A stretch of DNA of 64,000 bases from Mobula hypostoma. Taxonomy: Eukaryota. This document shows positions 12,251-23,864 of the stretch, one piece after another. Location: the NCBI RefSeq assembly GCF_963921235.1, contig NC_086098.1, forward strand, positions 236,964,001-237,028,000. Direction: 5' to 3'. Every line of letters begins with the position of its first letter. Within the stretch, counting starts at the first letter, position 1. A program made the translations under genes and the position numbers. The notes below the pieces were generated by a model that did no database searches, had not been told where the DNA came from, and was given only the letters and a program-made list of their open reading frames with translations.

Positions 12251-13447
12251 CCTAATGCCCCCCGATAGAGTAATCATGCCCTTAGATCATCAGTCTTGTC
12301 CCGCAGCGAATGCACATTTGTTAACAAGATGCTGGGTAGAGGACCTCTCATTGCTTGGCGTTCCAGTCTGGTTTGGAGTCTTCCCCTCCCACTCCCCCCC
12401 CCCCCACCGCCTTATGGACATTTACCTTCGTCCGCTTAAAAGTGCATGCTTGAGAGTTACGTCTGCCTAGCCCTTCAGAAGATCATGAAATCGGTAGTTG
12501 AAGAAGCCGTTGCTTAAAGGGGATTTTCAGACTGCAGATTGCTGTGGGAGTAATTCAGAACAGGTATATTTAGACGTTTTTCGAGCAGCCCACAACACTT
12601 CATCACGGTTCGCCTGCGTTTATTGTCATTCAGTTGTACGCATTTATGCCGCCAAACGGCCCTCCCGACGAAGGTACACGACTTAGAGCATAGAACTGAC
12701 ACACAACACATAAAATAATGTTATCACAAATAAATGAACAAATAATAAAATATATTCCTGAAGATTGACATTTTGTATTAGGTGCATTTATGACACAAGT
12801 CAAAAAGAAAACAGCATCGCGTTATTAGCGCTTTATTAGTGATGAAACGCAGGTGGTGTCGGAGAGTTCAGTAGCCTCACGGCCTGAGGGAGGAAGCAGT
12901 CCTTGTCCTAGTGCTGAAGTAACTACAGCCCGACGGTACGGAATCAAAAGAAGGAGCAATAGGCGCTGAAGAACGCCGCTTGTTTTCGTTGTTGAACCTT
13001 GCCTACAGATTACATTCCAGTGTATGGCTGAATTCAATCACCACCACGTCAGTAGTGCTCACCTTTCCTGTGTGAGATCTTCTCTTTTCATACTCAGTAT
13101 CATTATTAGTTAAGTATACCATAGTCTTTAGTTTGCATATTGCCATTGCAGCTGACATGCAGAGGCAGTGCTGATATGGAAAGTAAATTTATATCTGAAT
13201 ATCCAGGAAAGAGGTCAAGGTGGTTCGTTCTCATTATTTGGTGCATTTAACTGACTGTTCTACAATGTTTTCGCTGCAGACCTGGAATGGAGAAGCATGC
13301 ACTGTAAGTACCCTTTGGAGGTGCATTGTGCGCATCGGGGATCGACCTACTCAACCTCTCTGTCATGGTCAATCGCTTCATTCCAAGAACCAACAATTCT
13401 ACTTTGCTTCCAATGCGAGCATATCCTTCTATAATTGTACAGACCTA

Positions 13448-15053
13448 CAACCCCATTTCCAGAAAAGTTGGGATATTTTCCAAAATGCAATAAAAACAAA
13501 AATCTGTGATATGTTAATTCAGGTGAACCTTTATTTAACCGACAAAAGTACAAAGAAAAGATTTTCAATCGTTTTACTGACCAACTTAATTGTATTTTGT
13601 AAATATACACAACTTTAGAATTTGATTGCTGCAGCACACTCAACAAAAGTTGGGACAGAGTTAAATAAGATTGAAAAGTGCACAGAATATTCAAGTAACA
13701 CCGGTTTGGAAGACTCCACATTAAGCAGGTTAATTGGTAGCAGGTGAGGTATCATTACTGTGTATAAAAGTAGCGTCCATCAAAGGCTCAGTCTTTGCAA
13801 GCAAGGATGGGTCGTGGCTCACCCCTTTGTGCCAAAATTCGTGACAGAATTGTTAGTCAGTTCAAAAGGAACATTTCTCAACGCAAGATTGCAGACAATT
13901 TAGGTCTTTCAACATCTACAGTACAGAATATTGCGAAAAGATTCATAGAATTCAGAGACATCTCAGTGCGTAAAGGGCAAGGTCGGAAACCACTTGAATG
14001 CGTGTGATCTTCGAGCTCTCAGACGGCACTGCCTAAGAAACCGTCATGCTACTGTGACAATTATAGCCACCTGCGCTAGTACTTGCGGGAGTACTTCGGG
14101 AAACCGTTGTCACTCAACACAGACCGTCGCTGCATCCAGAAATGCAACTTGAAACTGTATTACACAAGGAGGAAGCCATACATCAACTCTATGCAGAAAC
14201 GCCGGTGAGTTCTCTGGGCCCGAGCTCATCTCAGATGGACCGAAAGACTGTGGAACCGTGCGCTGTGGTCAGATGAGTCCACATTTCAGCTAGTTTTCAG
14301 AAAAAACGGGCGTCGAGTTCTCCGTGCCAAAGATGAAAACGACCATCCAGATTGTTATCAGCGAAAGGTGCAAAAGCCAGCGTCTGTGATGGTATGGGGG
14401 TGCATCAGTGCCCACGGCATGGGTGAGTTGCATGCATGTGAAGGTACCATTGTCTCTGAGGCGTATATTAGGATCTTAGAGAGACATATGTTGCCATCAA
14501 AGCGATGTTTCTTCCCGGGACGTCCATGCTTATTTCAGCAGGACAATGCCAGACCACATTCTGCACGGGCTACAACAGCGTGGCTTTGTAGATACAGTGT
14601 GCGTGTGCTTGACTGGCCTGCTGCCAGACCAGATCTATCTCCTATTGAAAATGTATGGTGCATCATGAAGAGGAGAATCAGACAACGGAGACCACGGACT
14701 GTTGAGCAGCTGAAGTCTTATATCAAGCAAGAATAGACAAAATTTCCAATTGCAAATCTATTACAATTAGTATCCTCAGTTCCAAAACGATTAAAAAGTA
14801 TTATTAGAAGGAAAGGTGATGTAACACAATGGTAAACATGCCTCTGTCCCAACTTTTGTTGAGTGTGTTGCAGCCATCAAATTCTAAATTTGTGCATCTT
14901 TACAAATACAATTAAGTTGGTCAGTAAAACTATTGAAAATCTTTTCTTTGTACATTTGTCAGTTAAATAAAGGTTCACGTGAATTAACATATCACAGATT
15001 TTTGTTTTTATTGCATTTTGGAAAATATCCCAACTTTTCTGGAAATGGGGTTT
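13448..15053 (+). mobile_element. Tc1/mariner DD34E transposon with long IR/DR-type TIRs (~225 bp); transposase (13807-14835) inactivated
   Basis: TA|CAACCCCATTTCC start. TIRs at 13448-13670 and 14842-15053, each with two AAAAGTTGGGA repeats. WSDEST, FQQDNARPH and DLSPIE give a D-34-E spacing. Frameshifts and internal stops are present, and the right tip is mutated. Confidence 0.95.
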
Positions 15054-15204
15054 TTGAATCATGGACTGTATTCTCAGTAGCGACATCCAAATTTGCAATA
15101 AATCTTCTGTGCGTGTGCGTTTCATTAACTTTCCTATAAAGACCAACATTTAACGAAAGTTCCCAATTAACTACACGACACCCGCATGACAGTTATAGAG
15201 TTTA

Positions 15205-15371
15205 AGATGGGGTTTCCACCGTGTTCTTCAGTTTCCTCCCGGACTCCAAAGTCAGACAGGTTAGGGTTTGTAAGTTATGCTCATGCTATGTTGGTGCAGG
15301 AAGAGTGACAACACTTGCGGGCTGCCCCGTACAATCCTCACTGCTTTGATCTGATGCAAACAACGCATTTC
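15205..15371 (+). mobile_element. V-SINE-like SINE body; 3' tail resumes at 18862-18917
   Basis: GGGGTTTCC..CAGTTTCCTCC..TCCAAAG core; the uninterrupted paralogous tail is at ~48590-48660. Confidence 0.6.
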
Positions 15372-18300
15372 TGTCACCCGGTTCGGATATGGCCCAAGTT
15401 CGGAGTGAGAGACACTGAAGCAGGTCGATAGATCACAGACTTTAATGCGAACAATGTTAAAAGAAAACGAAAACAATAAAGGCCAGGCCAAACAGGACAG
15501 ATAATATCCTGGCGGGTAGGTTTGCTAGAGCTGTTGGGGAGGGTTTAAACCAGTTTGGCAGGGATGGTAGTCAGAATGTGAGTGCAGAAATTAGGGTAGA
15601 CGGACAAGGCCATGATGCTATGTGTTCTGAGTTGGTAAGGAAGGACAGGCAGGGGAGAAAACATAAATGTAGCCAGTTAGAGGAGTTGAAATGTGTCTAT
15701 TTCAACGCTAGGTGTATTAGGGATAAAGGCGATGAATTTAGAACATGGATCAGTACGTGGAACTACGATGTTGTAGCCGTTACTGAAACTTGGCTGGAAG
15801 AAGGGCAGGACTGGCTGATGCAGGTACCGGGGTTTAGGTGTTTTAAAAGGAATAGGGTGGAAGGTAGAAATGGGGGTGGGGAGTAGCATTACTGGTGAGG
15901 GATGGTATCACGGCTATAGAAAAGGAGGACACTGCAGAGGGAGTGTTCACTGAGTCAGTATGGGTTGAAGTCAGAAACAGGAAGGGATCAATCACTGTGC
16001 TGGGAGTAGTCTATAGGCCCCCAAATAGCCCTCCGGACACCGAGGAGCAGATAAGCAGGCAGATTTTAGAATGGTGCAGGAAATACAGGGTTGTAGTTAT
16101 GGGTGATTTCAACTTCTCTCATATTGACTAGCACCTCCTGACTTCTAGTGGAATAGATGGGGCTGAATTTGTCGGGTGTGTTCAAGAAGGATTCCTGACA
16201 CAGTATGTGGACCGGCCGACGAGAGGAGAGGACATAATGGATCTAGTTCTGAGTAATGAATCTGGTCAGGTGGCAGACCTCTTGGTGGAGGAGTATTTTG
16301 GTGAGAGTGACCACAACTGCCTTAGCTTCAGCATGGCTATGGAAAGGGATAAAACAGACAAAATGGGAAAGTGCTTAACTGGGGAAGGGTTAACTATGAA
16401 GGGATGAGGCAGGGACTAGCGAGAGTAAATTGGAAACAGATGTTCAAGGGAGAAAGCACAGAAGTAATGTGGACGAAGTATAGGGACCATTTGTGCTGGG
16501 TTCAGGATAGGTTTGTCCCACTGGGACAAGGAAAAGATGGTAGGAAAAGGGAAGTGTGGCTGAAGAAACTCGTGAGGTAACTTTTCAAGAGGAAGAGGAA
16601 AGCATATGTTAGATATAAGAAGCAGGAAGTAGGAGGAGCTCATGAGAAATATAGGGTAGCCAGGAAGGAGCTTAAGAAAGGATCTAGGAGAGCTTGAGGG
16701 GGCCATGAGAAGGCCTTGGCATGTAGGATTAAGGAAAACCCCAAGGCGTTCTATGCGTATGTGAAGAACAGAAGGATGACAAGAATGGGGGTGGGAACGC
16801 TAAAGGATAAAGAAGGCAACATGTGCCTGGGGGCGGAGGAGGTTGGGAAGGTCCGAAATGAATACTTTGCTTCAGTGTTCATAAGTGTAAAGGACATCTA
16901 TCAGGGTGAAGTCGAAATAGAACAGGCCTGTGTGCTGGACAATGTGGAGATTAAGGAAGAAGAAGTGTTGGATCTTCTTAAAAACATCAAGATTGATAAG
17001 TCCCCAGTGCTGGACGTGATATACTCTAGGTTGCTGTGGGAAGTGAGAGAAGAGGTCGTTGAAGCAGTAGCTATGATCTTTGTATCCTCTTTTGCTACAG
17101 GGGAGGTGCCGGAGGATTGGAGAACGGCAAATGTACTTTGTAGTTCCCTTGTTTAAAAAAGGTAATAGGGAGCATCCTGGGAACTATAGACCGGTAAGTC
17201 TTACGTTGGTAGTCTGCAAACTTTTGGAAAGGATTCTTAAGGATAGGATCCCCGAGCATTTGGAGAAGTACAGTCTACTCAAGGATAGTCAACATGGCTT
17301 TGTGGAGGGAAGGTCATGCCTCACGAGCCTCATTGAGATTTTTGAAGAGGTAACAAAAGAGATTGATGAGGGTAGGGCGGTAGATGTGTCTACATGGATT
17401 TTAGCAAGGCATTTGACAAGGTCCCCCACGACAGACTCATCCAGACAGTCGTGAGGAATGGGATCATGGGAACCTTGGCTGTTTGGATAAAAATTGGCTT
17501 ACAGGAAGAAAGCAGAAGGTAGTACTGGAAGGAAAGTATTCTGCCTGGAGGTCGGTGACTAGTGGAGTGCTGCACGGATCTGTCCTGGGACCCCTGCTCT
17601 TTGTGATTTTTATAAATGACCTGGACGAAGAGGTGGAAGGATGGGTGAGTAAGTTTGCGGATAGCACGAAGATTGGAGGAGTTCTAGATGGAGCTCTAGG
17701 TTGTCGAAGGTTGCAAGAGGATATAGACAGGATGTAGAGTTGGGCAAAAAAGTGGCAGATGGAGTTCAATCCGGATAAGCGTGAGGTGATGCAGTTTGGA
17801 AGGACAAACCAGAAGGCTGAGTACAGGGTTAATAGTCGGTTATTTAAGAGTGTGGATGAACAGAGGGACCTTGGGGTTCAAATCCATACATCCCTCAAGG
17901 TCGCTGCACAGGTTGATAGGATAGTTAAGAAAACCTATTGGATGCCAGGCTTCATTAATGGGGGGATTGAGTTCAAGAGTAGAGAGATCATGTTGCAAAT
18001 CTTCAAATCTCTGGTGAGACCAGACTTTGAGCATTCTGTTCAGTTATTCTCACCCCATTATAGGAAGGATGTGGAAGCTATAGAGAGGGTGCAAAGGAAA
18101 TTTACCAGATGTTGCCTGGATTGGAAAACAAGTTTTATGAGGCAAGGTTATCAGAGCTGGGACTTTTCTCTTTGGAGCATAGAAGGATGAGAGGGGACTT
18201 CATAGAGTTCTACAAGATTATGAGAGGCATAGATAGGGTGGATAGACAGCATCTGTTTCCCAGGGCACGAATAGCAAACACCAGAGGACATATGTACAAA

Positions 18301-18861
18301 GTTAAAGGAGGGAAGTTTGGGGGAGACATCAGGGGTAAGTTTTTTACACAGAGGGTTGTGGGTGCCTGGAATGACTTGCCAGGGATGGTGGTGGAGGCTA
18401 AAACATTTGGGGTATTTAAGAGCCTCTTGGCTGGGCACATGGATGAAAAAAAATAGAGGGTTACGGGGTAGTGTGGGGTTAGTACTTTTTTTTAAAGGAA
18501 TATATGGGTCGGCACAACATCGAAGGCCGAAGGGCTTGTACTGTGCTGTAGTAGTCTGATGTCTAGTGTCTAATGACTAAAAGTCTCAAATGGGAAACGA
18601 AGCCTACACTGCTGCTGAAAAGAAAACCAAAGAATTAAACGAATAACTCTCGTCTTCAGAGTCAGTTGGCTCGACAGTCCAATTTGTCAGGCAAGGCGGA
18701 ATGTAGATAACGAAGTGTAGTTATGTCCAAGTCTCGACAAATATTACCACGGAATGAATGGAGTTAAACACTATCACAATGAAATGATAATAAGCTGACA
18801 CGTGAATTTTCACGAATGCAATTGGCGAATCTGCTGCGCTGCCGAATCCGTGGTTGTGAAA
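15372..18861 (-). mobile_element. Solo LTR-like element (~410 bp; 15372-15490 + 18575-18861) with a nested CR1
   Basis: Begins TGTCAC and ends GTGAAA; 5-bp TSD ATTTC at 15367-71 and 18862-66; minus-strand ATTAAA. Confidence 0.6.
15490..18575 (+). mobile_element. CR1 LINE, near-complete ORF2 (APE+RT), frameshifted
   Basis: YFNAR, VTETWL, YRPP, GDFN, SDH, NYRPVSLT, QHGF and KFADSTK motifs; 3' tail. Confidence 0.93.
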
Positions 18862-20759
18862 ATTTCACTGTAAGCTTCGATGTGCATGTGACAAATAAAG
18901 CTAATCATTTAATCTTTAAGGTAGATTATTTATAAAAATTGATTTTGTTTTTAAGATTACGAAATGCGTTTGACTGCCTCAGCAGTTTTCTAAGCTGTTT
19001 TCCACTGTTCAAAATGCTAATTGTTTCAACTACACAGGTGAGGTCGTCATATAAACGACTGCCTATTTCGTTCCTACCTTATGCACTGTATTTGTTTTCT
19101 AATTCCTCGCATGATGCTCTACATGCTTCGGAAATAGCCTGATTAATATGGTTATTATTGGCCACTGAAAGTCCAGGGAAAGTTTTGCCCCACTCATCCA
19201 GCGTAAAACCTCATGAGTGACAAAATAAGGTTTCTACGCAAAATGGAAAGCATAAGGTCAAGGAACACCTATTCGCCAGTCCTAAGGAAGAAACTCGGCA
19301 TGCAACGTCGACTCTTTATTCCATTCTATAGTTGATGCCTAACCTGTAATGTCCTTCCAGCGTTTTGTGTGTGTGTTAGACTGAGATTCCAGTATCTGTA
19401 AAATCTTTTGTTTATCGGTTTCTACGTTGTGTGGGTGTCAAACCTGTGCACCAATCCCCACCGTAGAAGTGGGACAGGATCCAGTTGGGAATACCGCACA
19501 ACCCTCTTCAATGAAACACATTTATGGAGCATTAAGCCACCTCACAATCACCGCGTATCCTGGTTGGAAGCTCCTTCTCCTTCTAAAGAAGCCTGTTAAC
19601 TATTTATCTGTTTATATACTTGGATTTTCACACCTCCATTCCTTCCCCCGGGCATTGAATGATGTACAGTGTAGTGAACCCTGGGGAGCAGCCCTCTTCC
19701 ATGTCGTTTTCTTTGAGCATTATGAAGGTCCTTGTGAAACACTCTACCTCCTGCATTTTGCTGCCTGGCTTAATGAGTTCATCCAGCATTTTTTGTGTGT
19801 TACCTTATCCATCCTGCCTTTCCTCCTGTGTATATCCCACCTTCCAAATAACCCTAATAGATTCCCCCAATTCACGTAGTTAATAATGATTTGTGCGAAA
19901 TCTGTCAGAATTCTCTGAGAGTCCATGGAGCTGCCTTAATCAGGCAGGATGTAACTTGAACATGTGCACACGGGGGGGTCTTTGGTCATCTCATGCCTCA
20001 TGCTCTTTCTCGGTTCAGTCACTGTATCCCATGTGATAAATACAGAAGCCTTAAGTCCCACAACACTAGTTTCAGGAACAGTTATTACATTCAAACATCA
20101 AACTGCAGAAGCAGTGTGGATGACTTCAAAAACCACAACTCTGAACTGATTGCAAAACCTATGGGCTGACATTCAGAAACTCTGCAACTCATGACATCGG
20201 TATTAACTACCTACCTATCTATCTATCTATCTATCGATCAGGCTATCTATGCGTTTATTTGCGAGGTTTCATTGACTCTGTAATATATAGTATTATTGTT
20301 CTATTCCAAATGTCAGCAAGAAAATGAATGTCAAGGTAGTATATGGTGACATATCTGTACTTTGATAATAAAATTTCTATGAACTTTGAAGATAACGTCA
20401 CACTGATTGACGGGGAGTTTTCAACGACTGAGACGGGTTTAGATATTCAGTAAATTGGTGGGTCAGTGGTTAGTAAACGAAACCGGAACTGAGGAAAGGT
20501 CCACATTGATCATATTGAATAATGGAGTGCAAGCAAAGGGCTAAACGGTTTACTCCGTTTCTGTGTGTTATGTGATAATGCTCACCTACTCAGTCCTTTT
20601 AAATAATCCCATGCTGGAGCTTTTGTGCGTGGGACCGGACACGTTTCTCGGGGTGACAGATAGGAAATGGAGCAGATACTTTCGCTCGAAAGCGGTCGAT
20701 ACTCAGAAGTCACAGAAGGTAATTTGTCGAGTTTCCTGTGGATCTATATGTTTGTTAAT

Positions 20760-20764
<5 letters not shown>

Positions 20765-20810
<46 letters not shown>

Positions 20811-20817
20811 TGTGTGT
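20765..20817. repeat. (TG)n microsatellite ~720-760 bp downstream of each C exon (also 50783-50842 and 52808-52862)
   Basis: Directly visible, at a homologous position in all three C units. Confidence 0.95.
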
Positions 20818-21532
20818 GCCGGGGGCGGGGGTGTTGGGGGGGGGGGTTGGTCGTTTGGTCTTTGTGAAGGAAGTAAGAGAATCGGTGCCTTCAGTTGGAG
20901 AGAATGGCCAAGTTACGGGTTAAACACCCTTGCAGTGCAACAATCCCAATCGTGGTCAGAACTTGGTCAAAAATACAGTGAGAATATTGATCTCTCTCCC
21001 ACAGGGACAGATGGAAATGAAGAGCAGGACTGCAGCACGCCGAGGAAAAGAAGTTCCCATGATGGTGAGAGGTTAACGAAGATGGAAGAGGCCAGCGGAG
21101 GACACAGAGATCGGCTTTGGTCAGGAAGGGCGAAATACCATATCTGAGTGCATTTGAGTGTAATTCTGTGTAAAGCAGCTCGCAGACGGCATGTTATCCG
21201 CCAGCACACTGTCAACGTACTGCGAATAAAGACGGACCACGACAAACCCACCGGTAGTTGCATCTTTACTAAGAACTGTGATACACAAGATCCAAACGAC
21301 ACATAGTCATGGGGAGCTCTCCCCATTCTACACGTAGCGGAAATCAGACTCAGCACATTGGATACAATTCTACGCGTCGCAAAAGACGGACAATCATCGC
21401 GCTCATTTCTGAAATAATTAACAATTTGTTTGTTCGTAGAAGTGGATATTAAGACACAATTACATTACAGAAGGCGGCTGCACAGTCCCAGCGAGGGCAA
21501 ACAATTCACGGGTGCTGCCAACCGGCGCGGTC

Positions 21533-21861
21533 TCACTGCGAACAGGCCGACGAAGAGATGGTGTGACGCAGAGGCGAGCTCAGCGAGCTGTGGCTCACGG
21601 TGCAGGAATAAATGGAACCTTTTTTCCAGGCAGCAGCGGACACCCGCAGGTAGCTGCTCAGCCTGTAGGTCTGGTCGGTATCCGGTGACGCGGTGCCTGT
21701 CGTCACCCCGCTCTCCGTCTCGACGTTATCCACGCTCCAGCGAAGCGCTACCAAGCCCGGTTTGAAGCCGCTCACCAGGCAGGACAGAGTAGCCGAACCC
21801 GAGCCGGTCTCTACCGCGGAGGGAGGGAGCAGGAGAACCGAGGGCCTCCGGGACTCGCTAC
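21533..21861 (-). CDS. IgL cluster 1 constant exon (C1)
   Basis: Pyrimidine tract + cacacacag|GT AGC GAG TCC; SESRRPSVLLLPPS..ATLSCLVSGFKPG..RWSVD..YRLSSYLRV..YSCTVSHSSLSSPL..SACSQ*. Confidence 0.95.
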
Positions 21862-23728
21862 CTGTGTGTGAGAGAGGAGACGGAGAAGATGAGAAACAAT
21901 GTTACATTGTGGAATCCGGGAACCCGCGGGTGGTGGTGGTGGTGGGGGGGGGGGCGGGGGGGAGGGGAAGACTCCGCCATGGAATAATCGGAAACACCGA
22001 GTGTTGAGGCAAACAATGAAATGTGTGGCGCAGTATGCGGTCATTCTTTCGGCGAATGGAGCGTCAGTGAGGATTTTTCGAGATTAATCATAAATCCAAA
22101 GTGGACTTTAACTTCCACTGACTTCCCGGGCGGGAAATCCGGGCCCCAGCAGAGATGAGTAAGGAGCCTCATCCATTCCACCCTCCAATTCCTGCACATG
22201 GTTCTGACCGGTTACTGGTATTTCTGCAGATTCGTGTTTTCTGCCGGACACCAATAGCTCTTCAGATCCTTAACTGGGCTGTGAATTGACGTATTTTACT
22301 CTTTCAGCTCTGTGTAAGAGCTCTGCAAACTTTAGATTTTTAACCCACTGTCCTCTCCAGCAGAGATTTCCCGATTCCGAGAAGCAATTACCGCAACTCG
22401 GGACCCTACTATCATCAACAATTCCACTTCTACCGTTACTGTCCCCTTTGCTGAGGCGAATTCCGTATTGAATTCTGATAACTCTCTATATATCAATTTA
22501 GCCCCTTCTATAATTTTGTGAGCATTCCACATCAGGTTGTCCAAATCTCCCGGCCCAGTTAATGCAGAGGAAATGGCGGAAAAGAAGAGCGGGTCCGTAG
22601 GCAGAAGAGAGGCGAGGAAACAAGAACAGACCAGGCCAGACCTCCCAGAAACAAGCAAACCCAGCCATTCCCGCTCCATTCTGTGACAAGACCGCTAGCG
22701 CTCCAGCAGTTTGCTGCAATGCAAATTCAAAAACATCTGCATTTTCCCTTGCTTGTTCATGCCCCTGTTGAAGGTTTGAAGCTAAGGCGGCAAACGCTGA
22801 ACGCAGTAGCTAGCATTCATAACAGTTCTGAATATTGGGGAAAGTTTTGTAACCAAATCTTGGGGATTGGATAAGACTGGTTCCGATTCCGACAATACTG
22901 GACCTGGGTTCAGTGCTAAAGGAGAGAAAATGCTTGCTCGATCTGGGCATCCACCAAATCAAACCGGAGCTTTCGAATACTGGGATGTACCTGGTGTCGA
23001 AATGTCTTGAAATTGAATAATGTTTCATTACAGGGGTTGAATGTGCTCCTGTTCTTATTCGAGACAGATGAAACTCTCCCACGGCGTAGAGATGGCCCCA
23101 TCAATCATGCATAAGTATTTACACAGAGGTGGGAAATAGGAGGGACAATGATGGGAATTGCTTGTTACGGAATGAGCGAGTCACTTACTTTTTATATCGA
23201 GGATAGTTCCTGGACCGAAGATAGCTCCATTATCCCACATCCCACAGTAATAGACAGCAGAGTCCCGGGGCTCCAAGCTGCCGATGGTCAGGATGTGACT
23301 GTTGCTGGAGGTGTCTCTAGAAGGTTGGAAACGGGTTGTAATCCCATTCCCTCGGTATATTTCATCATCGCCCTGTGGATCGTGTCTAATCACCCACTCC
23401 GGTCTCTCCCCGGGACGCTGTCGGTACCAGTTCATGTAGTAACTTCCAATATTCCCGTTCTGCATCCGGCACTCTAAGCGGGCGGTCTGTCCCGCGGAGA
23501 CGGGACCGGACATTGGTGTCTGGTTGAGGACTGGGACCGCTTGGATACCTGTGAGGAAACACAATAAAAACATCTGGGTGCCTTGGAGCCAGCAAAAATC
23601 TCACCAATCGCCTAATACGCACTAGAAAATCAGCGGTAATCGCAATTTTAACGCAATTTTTAAGCATCGAGACTCTCACCTGATAAATGAACCAGTAAAG
23701 CCCACAGGAGATGCAGCATCCGGGACAT
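21533..23728 (-). CDS. NS5-like: Immunoglobulin light chain, sigma-cart (type I/NS5) isotype, germline-joined VJ, cluster 1; join(23680..23728, 23189..23548, 21533..21861), 245 aa
   Basis: Three exons with GT/AG boundaries splice in frame (49+360+329=738 nt). Leader is MSRMLHLLWALLVHLSG. The V domain has C23, W41 (WYRQ), YYC and FGPG. The C domain ends SSSACSQ*, with a penultimate Cys for the H-L bond. PVLNQTP, MQNGNI and FQPSRDTSSNSHILTI are the sigma-cart/NS5 signature as I recall it. Confidence 0.93.
22567..22585. promoter_or_regulatory. Invariant 19-bp J-C intron block GAGGAAATGGCGGAAAAGA (also at 52572-52590 and 54615-54633); candidate enhancer element
   Basis: Identical in all three intron copies despite diverged surroundings; contains ETS-type GAGGAA and YY1-type AAATGGCG. 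Confidence 0.4.
23189..23548 (-). CDS. IgL cluster 1 fused V-J exon
   Basis: cctcacag|GT ATC CAA GCG acceptor; ...YYCGMWDNGAIFGPGTILDIK then A|gtaagtga donor; no RSS or spacer between V and J. Confidence 0.95.
23680..23728 (-). CDS. IgL cluster 1 leader exon
   Basis: ATG TCC CGG ATG CTG CAT CTC CTG TGG ... TCA G|gtgagagtc; hydrophobic signal peptide, phase-1 donor, 131-nt intron. Confidence 0.92.
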
Positions 23729-23827
23729 GCCTGCGGACAGAGCAAATTTTCAAGCGAATCGCGCACTGTTCTACAAATACAGGGAGGCTCTGGTTCCAGC
23801 TTCTGCAAATCGGAGGCCCACAGTCTG

Positions 23828-23864
23828 TTTATAAACCGGGATGTTAATGAGTGGGAGGCGCCAG
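23828..23864 (-). promoter_or_regulatory. Putative V promoter block, cluster 1 (TATA-like plus octamer-like ATTAACAT)
   Basis: TTTATAAA at 23828-35 lies ~100 bp upstream of the ATG. The block GGGATGTTAATGA..TGGGAGGCGCCAG is shared with cluster 2. ATTAACAT matches the light-chain octamer ATTTGCAT at 6/8. Confidence 0.5.

Noticed and set aside
20563-21147. 194-aa plus-strand ORF and similar VC/HT-repeat ORFs (50709, 52606, 37561)
   Set aside because: Artefacts of (TG)n microsatellites or N runs, with no protein signature
22128-22141. NF-kB-like sequence near the C acceptor
   Set aside because: Only the psiC copy fits the consensus; the two functional clusters deviate from it
22719-22726. Perfect octamer ATGCAAAT in the cluster 1 J-C intron (another at 48362-48369)
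   Set aside because: Not conserved at the paralogous positions, and about two hits are expected by chance in 64 kb
23242-23248. Heptamer-like CACAGTA inside the YYC codons of both V genes (possible V-replacement signal)
   Set aside because: It is forced by the Tyr-Cys codons, and no nonamer-like sequence lies at 12 or 23 bp spacing
21533-23728. Fused VJ genes as processed retrocopies
   Set aside because: Leader and J-C introns and promoter-region homology are retained
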